Source: an uncultured Verrucomicrobiota bacterium
GTDB taxonomy: Bacteria > Verrucomicrobiota > Verrucomicrobiia > Limisphaerales > CAYIIH01
Reading direction: 5' to 3'
Assembly: GCA_964363225.1 (NCBI GenBank)
Contig: CAYIIH010000006.1
Location: 3,345-67,344, forward strand
Length of the DNA: 64,000 bases
Position 1 is the first letter of the stretch; each line of letters begins with the position of its first letter. The position numbers and the translations under genes are program-made. This document shows positions 8,703 through 17,690 of the stretch, piece by piece. The notes beneath the pieces were generated by a model. The model was given only the letters and a program-made list of their open reading frames with translations, had not been told where the DNA came from and made no database searches.

Positions 8703-9283
8703 GTTCGTCAGGCTTTAGCTCTCTGGTTTCGGGTCGCTTGCGGGCGTCGGCTTGTCGCCCAGCCCAGCGGCTTCCGCATCCGTAACCAATAGTTGAAAGG
8801 AAAGCCACTCTTGGATGCGCTTGAGTTCTTGGGCCGTAACCGCGGGCGGCGCTTGGACACCGCCGCTAATACGAGTTCATTGGCGGTTACCTCCGCCTGA
8901 CGCACGAGTTGAAGTGGAAGCAGGCACTGGCCGGTTACAGGGAGAGCGGCCGCCACGGGCAAACAGCGAACCAGCCTGGCCTGGAGAGCGCACCGCGAGC
9001 GGAGGCCCAGGAGCACCGATCCGCCGTTTATTCCCGAGGCCTGAATGACCGACACAAATCGCATGCGTCATCGGTCACGCCCACGTCCCGCCTTTGTAGG
9101 AGATGCATTGTTTTGGAATGTTCACGTGGGATCATGCGCTTCGTGCTTCACCCCAGGCAGTCATAGGACAGGCTTTCATCTCTGCGCCCCGGGTCGAGCC
9201 AGACTTGCCCTGGGCCCCCTGTCTTTCTTGACCGAAAAATTCCACTGTATCTTCCGGCAGTTCATGATAGAATTCCAGGCTAG

Positions 9284-11854
9284 ATGCAGTTCAATTGTCC
9301 CAAACTGACGGCCATCCTTTTTGTGAGCGGATGCACCTTGGCTTTAGCCAAGATGACACCCGAACAAGTCCTGACTTTGCCGCCGCCGGCCAGCCACCCG
9401 GTCGAATTCGGCAAGGAGATCAAACCAATCTTCGAAGCGAGCTGCGTGAAATGCCACGGGCGCGGCAAAGCCAAAGGCAGTTTCAGCCTGGAAAACCGGG
9501 CCGCCTTCTTGAAAGGTGGAGATTCAGGTTCTGCGGTCGTTCCGGGCCAAAGCACCAACAGCTATCTGATCGAACTGGTGGCGGGGATTGATCCCGATAA
9601 CGTCATGCCCCAAAAAGGGTCGAAACTGACTTCGATCCAAGTGGGTTTGTTGCGAGCTTGGATTGACCAAGGTTTGCTTTGGGATGAAAGCGTGACTTTT
9701 GCCAAACCCCGCCCGGCCAACTTCACGCCTCGGCGACCCGAACTCCCGGCAGCGCGCGCCGCCGCCAGCCATCCGATTGATGTTTTGCTTCAGTCCTATT
9801 TTGAAAAGCAGAAAACCACGCCGCCTGAACCTGTGACCGACCCGGTTTTTGCCCGGCGGGTCTATCTCGATGTCCTCGGTCTGCCGCCCACGCCGGAAGA
9901 ACTGGAGCAGTTCATCGCAGACCCAAGACCGAACAAACGGGAGCGGCTGGTCCGGTTTCTGTTGGCGCGGCCTGAAGACCGCTCGAAGGTGGCTTATCAA
10001 TCGGCTGCCCTGGTCCAGCGCCGGGCGGAGAACCGGCATCGTTACGCGCAGCATTGGCTCGCCTTTTGGAACGATCTTCTGCGCAATTATTACAAAGGCC
10101 CCGGGGACATCGATGCCGGAAGGAAACCGATCACCGGCTGGCTTTATTCGGCCTTGGCCACCAACCTGTCTTACGATCAGTTTGTCGCGCAACTGGTCAA
10201 TCCCAATGAATATTCGGAAGGATTCGCCCGGGGGATCGTTTGGCGCGGCGTGGTCAATGCCAGCCAAACACCTCAGATGCAAGTGGCGCAGAACATTTCG
10301 CAGGTGTTCATGGGCGTCAACCTGAAGTGCGCCTCCTGCCATGACAGTTTCATCAATGACTGGGCTTTGTCGGACGCTTATGGGCTGGCCGGCATTTACG
10401 CGGATGCGCCCCTAGAAATGTTTCAATGCGACAAGCCGACCGGCAAGACTGCTGCCCTGAAGTTTCTCTATCCGGAGCTGGGCGAAATCGACCCGAAAGC
10501 CCCCAAAGCGGAGCGCTTGCGGCAGCTCGCCGAGATCATCACGAAAAGGGAAAACGGACGGCTGACGCGCACCGTGGTCAACCGGCTTTGGGCCAGACTG
10601 ATGGGGCGCGGCCTGGTCGAACCGGTGGATGAAATGGAGAATCCAGCGTGGCATCCCGACCTGCTGGATTGGCTGGCTGAGGATTTGGTTGACCATGATT
10701 TTGACCTCAAACACACTCTGGAGATCATCCTGACTTCCAGGGCCTACCAGTTGCCCACGGTCAAGCCGAACGAAGAGGCCGGAAGCAGTTTTGTTTTTGG
10801 CGGACCCGTGGTGCGCCGGTTGTCGGCCGAGCAATTTGTGGATGCGGTGGCGGCGCTGACCGGCGTATGGCATCTGCTTCCGGCCAGCACGGATTTCAAT
10901 CTCAGCGCCGGCCAGACTCCAGGGACCGAATCCTCCCCGCCCGTTTCCCCGAAATGGATATGGAAGAATGCCGATGCTAGCCGCACGGCGGAAGCGGAAA
11001 CGATCTATCTGCGGAAGGCGGTCTACTTCTCGGACATCCCGGCCGCGGCAGCCATGGTGGCGGCGTGCGACAACAGTTTCACCCTTTATATCAACGGAAA
11101 AAGTGTCACGTCCAATTCCGAACTGCAGAAGCCGAAGATGGTCGATATCCGGTCCTACCTCAGCCAGGGAACGAATGTTTTTGCCGTGGCCGCAGCCAAT
11201 GCTTCGGTGTCAAAACCGGAGAAAGGCGATCCGCCTGATAATCCGGCCGGTTTCTGGCTTTATGCTTATGTGCGCGGCTCTCGGGGAACGACGCCAGAAA
11301 ATGCGGAGTCGGCCTGGGATTTCGGGAGCGACCATTCCTGGCTTTGGAGCGCGGCAAAAGCGGATCAGTGGGAGAAGCCGGAGTTTGCCGCCACGAACTG
11401 GGCGGCGGCCGTGGAAATCGGCGAGGTGGACGCCGCTCCCTGGAACCTGCAACAAAAGCTGAAACCGGCCATGACGTGCGTTGCCCAATATGGCCATGTC
11501 CGGGCTTCGCTCGTGAACGCCGATCCGTTACTGACCGCTTTGGGATGCCCCAATCGCGAGCAGGTCACCACCTCACGGCCTTCGGCGGCCACAACCTTGC
11601 AAGGATTGGAATTGACCAACGGCGCGACGCTGGCAGAGCAGCTCAAGCGCGGCGCCGAACGCTGGGTGAAGCAGCAGCCCTCCAGCGGGCGCGACCTGGC
11701 CGTGCGATTGTACCGGCAAGGTCTGGGCCGCCCGCCCACCGCCGAAGAATTGCGTCTGGCGGAGGAATTGATCGGTTCGCCGGTTCAGCAGGAGGGAGTG
11801 GAGGACTTCCTTTGGGCCATGACGATGCTGCCGGAATTTCAGCTGATCTATTGA
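9284..11854 (+). CDS. PSCyt1 (planctomycete cytochrome c) / DUF1549 / DUF1553 (PSD1) protein
   Basis: 856 aa. It has a signal peptide and the N-terminal heme-like motif CVKCHG. DUF1549-type (YLDVLGLPPTPEE) and DUF1553-type (NREQVTTSR..TTLQGLELTNG) signatures are present. The C-terminus MLPEFQLIY is characteristic. Confidence 0.9.
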   Translation: MQFNCPKLTAILFVSGCTLALAKMTPEQVLTLPPPASHPVEFGKEIKPIFEASCVKCHGRGKAKGSFSLENRAAFLKGGDSGSAVVPGQSTNSYLIELVAGIDPDNVMPQKGSKLTSIQVGLLRAWIDQGLLWDESVTFAKPRPANFTPRRPELPAARAAASHPIDVLLQSYFEKQKTTPPEPVTDPVFARRVYLDVLGLPPTPEELEQFIADPRPNKRERLVRFLLARPEDRSKVAYQSAALVQRRAENRHRYAQHWLAFWNDLLRNYYKGPGDIDAGRKPITGWLYSALATNLSYDQFVAQLVNPNEYSEGFARGIVWRGVVNASQTPQMQVAQNISQVFMGVNLKCASCHDSFINDWALSDAYGLAGIYADAPLEMFQCDKPTGKTAALKFLYPELGEIDPKAPKAERLRQLAEIITKRENGRLTRTVVNRLWARLMGRGLVEPVDEMENPAWHPDLLDWLAEDLVDHDFDLKHTLEIILTSRAYQLPTVKPNEEAGSSFVFGGPVVRRLSAEQFVDAVAALTGVWHLLPASTDFNLSAGQTPGTESSPPVSPKWIWKNADASRTAEAETIYLRKAVYFSDIPAAAAMVAACDNSFTLYINGKSVTSNSELQKPKMVDIRSYLSQGTNVFAVAAANASVSKPEKGDPPDNPAGFWLYAYVRGSRGTTPENAESAWDFGSDHSWLWSAAKADQWEKPEFAATNWAAAVEIGEVDAAPWNLQQKLKPAMTCVAQYGHVRASLVNADPLLTALGCPNREQVTTSRPSAATTLQGLELTNGATLAEQLKRGAERWVKQQPSSGRDLAVRLYRQGLGRPPTAEELRLAEELIGSPVQQEGVEDFLWAMTMLPEFQLIY

Positions 11855-11864
11855 GACAAAGCCT

Positions 11865-13292
11865 ATGAAAACCAACAGCCCTTGGAATCGTCGCGAATTT
11901 CTGCGCACCGCCAGCGCGGCCACGCTCTCGGCTTTGGCGGCGGGTTACGCGCGCCCGTTGCTGGCCAAGGAAGCGGAGCCAAAAATCAAACCGACGGCGG
12001 ATACGCTGATCGTGCTTTGGATGGCGGGAGGCATGGCCCATACCGAAACCTTCGATCCAAAGCGTTACACCGCTTTTGAGAAGGGACTCGATTCGAACAA
12101 GGTTTTGAGCACCTTTCCGAGCATGGACACGGCCGTGGATCAGATCAAGTTCTCGGCGGGTTTGGAGAGAATAGGCCGGGTGATGGACCGCGGGACCTTG
12201 ATTCGCAGTTACACAGCGGGGGACCTCGGTTTTATTTTGCATTCGCGCCATCAATTTCAATGGCACACGGGATACGCGCCGCCGCAGACGGTGGCCACGC
12301 CGCATATTGGCGCGGTAATCGCCCGGACGCTGGGCCCTTTGAATCCGGCGGTGCCGGCTTTCATTGATGTCGGCCAGCGGTTTGATTTGGGAGAAGGCGA
12401 GGAGCTGAAAGCGTTTCACACGGCCGGCTTTCTGGGCAGCGAACATGGCCCGTTCGTCATTTCCAACGCGGAACAAGCGGCGGAAAGCGTGCGCCCGCCG
12501 GCGGGTATGAGCCCGGCGCGCTTTGAAAACCGGAACAGATTTTACCGGACGCTGCTCGCGAAAAGTCCGATGGGCGAATGGGGCAGCGATTACCAGAAGG
12601 AATCGTTGTTGCGCTCGCTGGACAACGCGCATCGGTTGCTCAGTTCGCCGGCGGCCAAGGCCTTTGACCTTTCGCTCGAACCAAAGGAATCGTATGACCT
12701 TTACAACACCGGCAAGTTCGGCCTCGGCTGCCTGCTGGCGCGGCGGCTCACCGAAGTCGGAGCCAGGTTCATCGAGGTGACGACCGAGTACGTGCCGTTT
12801 ATGAACTGGGACACGCACGAGAACGGGCACACCCGGATGGTGGACATCAAGAAGCAAATCGACGCTCCCATCGCCCAGTTGGTGCTCGATTTGGAAGCGC
12901 GCGGTTTGCTCAATCGCACCCTGATTGTCCTCGCCAGCGAATTCAGCCGGGACATGATCACCGAAGGCAAACCGGACAAAAAAGTCAAAGATCAAGTCAT
13001 AGTGCCCGAGGTGATCAACGACCTCAAATATTACGGAATGCACCGCCACTTCACGGACGCGGGTTGCGTGTTGCTCTTTGGCGGCGGCATCAAGAAGGGC
13101 CATTTGCACGGATTGACGGCGGAGGAGCGCCCCTGCAAGACGATTCAAGACCGGGTGGTGATCGAAGACCTGCACGCGACGATTTACCAGGCGATGGGCA
13201 TTTCGCCCAAGCTGGCTTACGAGATTGAGAAACGGCCTTTCTACGTGACGCGGGATGGACTAGGCAAACCGATCATGGCATTGTTTGGTTGA
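11865..13292 (+). CDS. DUF1501 (sulfatase-fold) protein with Tat signal
   Basis: 475 aa. It has the Tat motif NRREFLRTASAATLSALAAG, GGMAHTETFDPK, and WDTHENGH. This is the canonical partner of PSCyt/DUF1553 proteins. Confidence 0.9.
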   Translation: MKTNSPWNRREFLRTASAATLSALAAGYARPLLAKEAEPKIKPTADTLIVLWMAGGMAHTETFDPKRYTAFEKGLDSNKVLSTFPSMDTAVDQIKFSAGLERIGRVMDRGTLIRSYTAGDLGFILHSRHQFQWHTGYAPPQTVATPHIGAVIARTLGPLNPAVPAFIDVGQRFDLGEGEELKAFHTAGFLGSEHGPFVISNAEQAAESVRPPAGMSPARFENRNRFYRTLLAKSPMGEWGSDYQKESLLRSLDNAHRLLSSPAAKAFDLSLEPKESYDLYNTGKFGLGCLLARRLTEVGARFIEVTTEYVPFMNWDTHENGHTRMVDIKKQIDAPIAQLVLDLEARGLLNRTLIVLASEFSRDMITEGKPDKKVKDQVIVPEVINDLKYYGMHRHFTDAGCVLLFGGGIKKGHLHGLTAEERPCKTIQDRVVIEDLHATIYQAMGISPKLAYEIEKRPFYVTRDGLGKPIMALFG

Positions 13293-13582
13293 TGGCTGGC
13301 CTAAGACATGAAGAGAAGCGATCCGAGGTCAACTCGGCTTACGAGGGACTCGCACGGCTTGTTCGCGTCATCGAAGAGGAGAAGCACTACCAAGTTTGGT
13401 TCCGGAAGTTGGGGGAGAAATCCGAGATGCAAAGGCGCATCGAGATCGAGGGAACACTGCAGGAGTTGGGTTCGCTTTCCGAAGCGCAGGCCGAGGTGGT
13501 GAAGTTTCTCAGATTACTCGAGGATCCTCGAGTGTTTGGCGCGGTGTGGGAAATCCTCCGGCGGGACGGATACCTCGACTGA
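13292..13582 (+). CDS. Small helical hypothetical protein, translationally coupled to DUF1501 gene
   Basis: 96 aa. Its ATG overlaps the upstream TGA (TGATG). The composition is charged and helical. I recognise no family. Confidence 0.45.
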   Translation: MAGLRHEEKRSEVNSAYEGLARLVRVIEEEKHYQVWFRKLGEKSEMQRRIEIEGTLQELGSLSEAQAEVVKFLRLLEDPRVFGAVWEILRRDGYLD

Positions 13583-13728
13583 CGCTGGTTAATCTCACTT
13601 CTGCCCTTTCCCAGTCAGACGAAAGCGTACCCGGGCGCAAATGGTTTCAAGCTGGCCAAATGATGCCGGATTTCCGCAAAATTTTACTTTGGCTTCCCGC
13701 GCGATTCGTGTTCAATCCCAAGTCACTT

Positions 13729-13863
13729 ATGAGTCAACCACATCCATTGACCACGACATTCCTTGAATTGCGGGGCTATCGCGTGGTCAAATCATTCGGG
13801 GTTCTGCGAGGGATCATGGCGCGGTCGCGCTCGGTTTTGGGCAACATCGGCGCGAGCATTTGA
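13729..13863 (+). pseudogene. N-terminal fragment of a YbjQ/UPF0145-family gene
   Basis: A 44-codon ORF reads MSQPHPLTTTFLELRGYRVVKSFGVLRGIMARSRSVLGNIGASI*. This matches the first ~40% of UPF0145 proteins (TTT..i.GY.i....G.V.G....sr). The rest of the ~105-aa family is missing, and yebC starts 17 nt later. Confidence 0.45.
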
Positions 13864-13879
13864 GATTTGAGATTCACGT

Positions 13880-14617
13880 ATGTCAGGACATAGCAAATGG
13901 GCGAAGGTCAAGCACTTTAAGGGCGCGATCGACGCCAAACGGGGCCGGATTTTCTCCAAGCTGGCCAAGGAGATAACCATTGCCACCAAGCTGGGCGGCG
14001 GGGATGCGGCCATGAATCCCCGCTTGCGCGTGGCGCTGCTCAAATGCCGCGGCGCCAACATGCCTTCGGACAATATCGAACGCGCCATCCAGAGGGGGAC
14101 CGGCGGCGGGGCGGAAAGCAACCTGGAAGATTTGACCTACGAGATTTACGGTCCGCACGGGGTGGCGCTGCTCGTCGAGTTGACGACCGACAATCGCAAT
14201 CGCACCTCGGCTGAAATCCGCAGTTTGCTGCTGAAGAACGGCGGCACGATTGCCACGCCGGGCGCGGTGTCGCGGTTCTTCCAACGCAAAGGCCAGATCA
14301 TCGTTTCGCGGGAAGCAGCGAACGAGGACGTCTTGATGGAACTGGCCCTCGACGCCGGCGCGGAGGATTTCAAGGCTGAGCCGGAAGGTTACGAAATCAT
14401 CACAGACCCGGCGCATTTTGAAGAGGTGCATAGGAAAGTGGAGGCCAAAGGCATCAAGACCGAGGCAGCCCAGGTGACGTGGCTCCCGGCGCTGTTGGTG
14501 CCGTTGCCCGAGGCGGCTGCCACGGCGGCGGTCTCCAAGTTGATTGAGGCCTTGGAAGAGCACGATGATGTCAAAGAGGTTCATAGCAATGCAGACTTTT
14601 CCAGTGGAGCCGTTTGA
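13880..14617 (+). CDS. yebC: YebC/PmpR-family DNA-binding transcriptional regulator
   Basis: 245 aa. MSGHSKWAKVKHFKGAIDAKRGRIFSKLAKEI is the hallmark YebC N-terminus. Confidence 0.93.
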   Translation: MSGHSKWAKVKHFKGAIDAKRGRIFSKLAKEITIATKLGGGDAAMNPRLRVALLKCRGANMPSDNIERAIQRGTGGGAESNLEDLTYEIYGPHGVALLVELTTDNRNRTSAEIRSLLLKNGGTIATPGAVSRFFQRKGQIIVSREAANEDVLMELALDAGAEDFKAEPEGYEIITDPAHFEEVHRKVEAKGIKTEAAQVTWLPALLVPLPEAAATAAVSKLIEALEEHDDVKEVHSNADFSSGAV

Positions 14618-14686
14618 AGATTCCGACGCATAGCGTTACAATGTGCCTGAGTCCGATCCACCTCCAGCCGACCCCAAACGCCCCGC

Positions 14687-17428
14687 ATGGAATCCTTCTT
14701 TAACTCGGTAGCGGCGCGTTGGCTCCGGCGTTTGGCCGGATGGGTTTACCAATACCCCCGGCTGTTTTTTTATCCGCAGGTCATCTTGCTCGTCGTTTCC
14801 ATTTTCTACACGGTGGAGAATCTGGAGTTCAGCACCAGCCGCAATGACTTGGTGGGAGCGGACAAAAAGTATCATCAAAACTTCCTCAAATTTAGAAAGG
14901 AGTTTGGCGCGCAGGATGACCTGGTCGCCGTCGTGGAAAGCGAAGGTCGGGAAAAGAACCGGCAGTTTGTGGAACGGCTGGGGGCGAAGCTGGAACTGGA
15001 AAAGGACATTTTTGTGGATGTTTTTTACAAGGGCGACCTGAATATGCTCGGGCCCAAAGCGTTGCTGTTCCTGGACGACCAAACCCTGGCTGAACTGCAT
15101 CAGACCTTGCGGGAGTACCGGCCCTTTGTCGAACAATTCAGCCAGGCCACCAATCTGAATTCGCTTTTCCGCCTGGTTAATCACCAGTTTCGCACCGCCA
15201 GGAAGGAGCAAAACGCGGAGAACGAGTCTTTGGTCAAGGCCATTCCGGCGTTGAAACGGATCGTTGATCAGGCGGCCGACAGCCTGAAACGGTCCGGCAC
15301 GCCCCCTTCGCCGGGGATCACGGCGCTGTTTGACGCCGGGGCGGAAGCGGAAGAGCAGCAGTACGTCACCTTTGCGCAAGGACGGCTTTACCTGGTCAAT
15401 GCCCGCGCCCGCTCGGAAGCACTGAACAACCGGGCGGTGGAACGATTGCGGGAATTGGTGCGCCAGACTCAAGTCGAGGTGCCGGGGGTCAATGTAGGCA
15501 TCACCGGAGAACCAGTTTTGGAATATGACGAAATGCTCCAGTCTCAGAAAGATTCGACGGTGGCGACGATTCTTTCATTGATTGTTGTGGCCCTGATTTT
15601 CATTTACAGCTACCAGGAGAGCGGACGTCCGATCAAAGCCACCCTTTGTTTGATTGTGGGCCTCGGTTACACGATGGGTTACACGACGTTGACCGTCGGG
15701 CACTTGAATATTCTGACTGTCACCTTTTTGCCGATCCTGATCGGGCTGGCCATCGACTTTGGCGTGCATCTGATCACGCGTTACGAGGAGGAGCTGCGCC
15801 AGGGCAAGAGCGAGCAACTCTCGCTCGAGAAAGCCATGGTCAACACCGGCCTGGGCATCTTCACCGGTTGCTTTACAACCGCCGGGGCCTTTTTTGCCAT
15901 GGGTTTGACCGATTTCAAGGGCATCCAGGAAATGGGCATCATCACGGGAGGCGGGATGTTGATTTGCCTGGTGCCGATGATGACGATGCTGCCAGTGTTA
16001 TTGCTGCGGGGGAGGCAAAATGTGTTGGACCACCAGATTTCGGCTGGGATTGATAAGCGGGCGCGCATCGAGAGGCTTTGGCTGGAAAGACCGGTTCTGG
16101 TGATTGTGACCACGGTGAGCCTTTGCGGGCTTTGCCTCAGCCAATTCCACAAGGTTTATTTCGATTACAACCTGTTGAACATGCAATCCAGAGGGCTGCC
16201 GGCGGTCGAGTTTGAGCGAAAGCTGATTGATTCGGCCTCGAAATCTGTCTTGTTTGGAGCAGTAGTGGCCGGTTCATTGGAGGAGGCGCTCCGGTTGGAA
16301 TCAAGAATCACCAATCTGACGACGGTTGCGAGTGTGGATTCAATGAGCCATTTCCTGAGCGGCGATCAAAGCGCCAAGCTGGCCAAGATTGGCGAGATCA
16401 AGAAGGAATTGGCGGGCCTTCACTTCGCCGAAATGGACTTGAACGCGGTCACTATTTCAGAGCTGAACCAGACACTCTGGGCTTTGCAGGGCTACCTGGG
16501 GCTGGCCAGAGAAACGGTCCTGAAGGAGGGTGATCCGTCTTTAGCTCAGCAATTGGGCGCGCTACGGGAGTCGATCAGCGCGCTGAGACATGGCATGTTG
16601 AACGGAGAGAGGCAACAGGCTGCGGCCAGGCTGGCCGCCTTCCAGCAGGCTTTGTTTGCCGATTTGCAGGCGACCTTTCACGCGCTAAGGAACCAAGACA
16701 ATCGGTCAGGCTTGCGAGTCGAGGATTTGCCGTCTGTCTTGCGCAACCGGTTTGTCGGACAATCGGGCAAGCATCTGTTGCAGGTGTATCCCAAGCATAA
16801 TGTCTGGCAACGGTCGAACCAGGAGGAATTTGTTCGTGAATTGCGGACGGTCGATCCGAACGTGACCGGCACCCCCGTGCAACTTTATGAATACACGACT
16901 TTGCTGAAGGAGAGTTATGAAAAAGCCGCCTGGTATGCGTTGGGCGCCATCATTATTTTGGTTTTGGTTCATTTCCGAACCGTTTCCAGCGTGTTCCTGG
17001 CGCTATTGCCCGTGGCCATAGGCAGCATTTGGATGGTCGGACTAATGGGTTGGCTTGGCATCCCATTCAATCCCGCCAACATCATGACCTTGCCTTTGGT
17101 GATCGGCATTGGCGTGACGAATGGCATTCACATCTTGAACCGTTTTGCTGAGGAACAGAACCCAAGTATCCTGGCCAGAAGCACCGGCAAAGCAGTGCTG
17201 ATCTCAGCCCTGACAACCGTGGCGGGTTTTGGCAGCTTGATTCCCGCCCAGCATCAAGGTATAGCCAGCCTCGGAATGGTCATGTCGATTGGCGTCGCAA
17301 CCTGTATGACGGCGGGCTTAACTTTTTTGCCTGCTTTATTGGCTCTTTTGATCCGCTTGGGCTGGACATTTAAAAAACCCAGTGGCGACGATGCACTGTC
17401 GACACTGGGTCGGGAGGAACCGAGGTAA
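14687..17428 (+). CDS. MMPL / RND-superfamily membrane transporter (HpnN-like)
   Basis: 913 aa. It has two 6-TM bundles, each preceded by a large periplasmic domain. GIDFGVHL and GIGVTNGIH motifs are typical of MMPL/SSD transporters. Confidence 0.87.
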   Translation: MESFFNSVAARWLRRLAGWVYQYPRLFFYPQVILLVVSIFYTVENLEFSTSRNDLVGADKKYHQNFLKFRKEFGAQDDLVAVVESEGREKNRQFVERLGAKLELEKDIFVDVFYKGDLNMLGPKALLFLDDQTLAELHQTLREYRPFVEQFSQATNLNSLFRLVNHQFRTARKEQNAENESLVKAIPALKRIVDQAADSLKRSGTPPSPGITALFDAGAEAEEQQYVTFAQGRLYLVNARARSEALNNRAVERLRELVRQTQVEVPGVNVGITGEPVLEYDEMLQSQKDSTVATILSLIVVALIFIYSYQESGRPIKATLCLIVGLGYTMGYTTLTVGHLNILTVTFLPILIGLAIDFGVHLITRYEEELRQGKSEQLSLEKAMVNTGLGIFTGCFTTAGAFFAMGLTDFKGIQEMGIITGGGMLICLVPMMTMLPVLLLRGRQNVLDHQISAGIDKRARIERLWLERPVLVIVTTVSLCGLCLSQFHKVYFDYNLLNMQSRGLPAVEFERKLIDSASKSVLFGAVVAGSLEEALRLESRITNLTTVASVDSMSHFLSGDQSAKLAKIGEIKKELAGLHFAEMDLNAVTISELNQTLWALQGYLGLARETVLKEGDPSLAQQLGALRESISALRHGMLNGERQQAAARLAAFQQALFADLQATFHALRNQDNRSGLRVEDLPSVLRNRFVGQSGKHLLQVYPKHNVWQRSNQEEFVRELRTVDPNVTGTPVQLYEYTTLLKESYEKAAWYALGAIIILVLVHFRTVSSVFLALLPVAIGSIWMVGLMGWLGIPFNPANIMTLPLVIGIGVTNGIHILNRFAEEQNPSILARSTGKAVLISALTTVAGFGSLIPAQHQGIASLGMVMSIGVATCMTAGLTFLPALLALLIRLGWTFKKPSGDDALSTLGREEPR

Positions 17429-17529
17429 AAACCTCAATTGGCGCTATCATAACAAACAACGCACAAAAGTCAAACCATAATGTCGTTGAAAACTGGCATT
17501 ATTACACTAAAACAGAACGAAGAACCTTA

Positions 17530-17543
17530 CGATAACGTTATCG
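17530..17543. promoter_or_regulatory. Perfect 14-bp palindrome, candidate operator
   Basis: cgataacgttatcg, extendable to 18/20 positions over 17527-17546. It lies in an AT-rich gap ~150 nt upstream of the repeat-protein/mla operon. Confidence 0.3.
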
Positions 17544-17690
17544 CAAGTCGGATTCCTTCTCGGAATGGTTCGATGGTTTTTGATGGATTCACAGGGCTGT
17601 TCGGGCTGCCAGACGCCACAGCGGGCTGCCCTAGTGAAAAACCTTTCGATCCAGAGGAAAAGGTCCGTTGTTCATGGCCACTCTATCTTT

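Noticed and set aside
8715-8876. 54-codon open frame ending 12 nt upstream of hicA (..AVTAQELKRIQEWLSFQLLVTDAEAAGLGDKPTPASDPKPES*), vaguely HTH/antitoxin-like
   Set aside because: There is no ATG/GTG start, and the only TTG is far inside. The similarity to XRE-type HTH is too weak to call. It may be a degraded former antitoxin, but I cannot support this from sequence alone. The rest of the 8703-9283 gap has only Arg-rich spurious ORFs.
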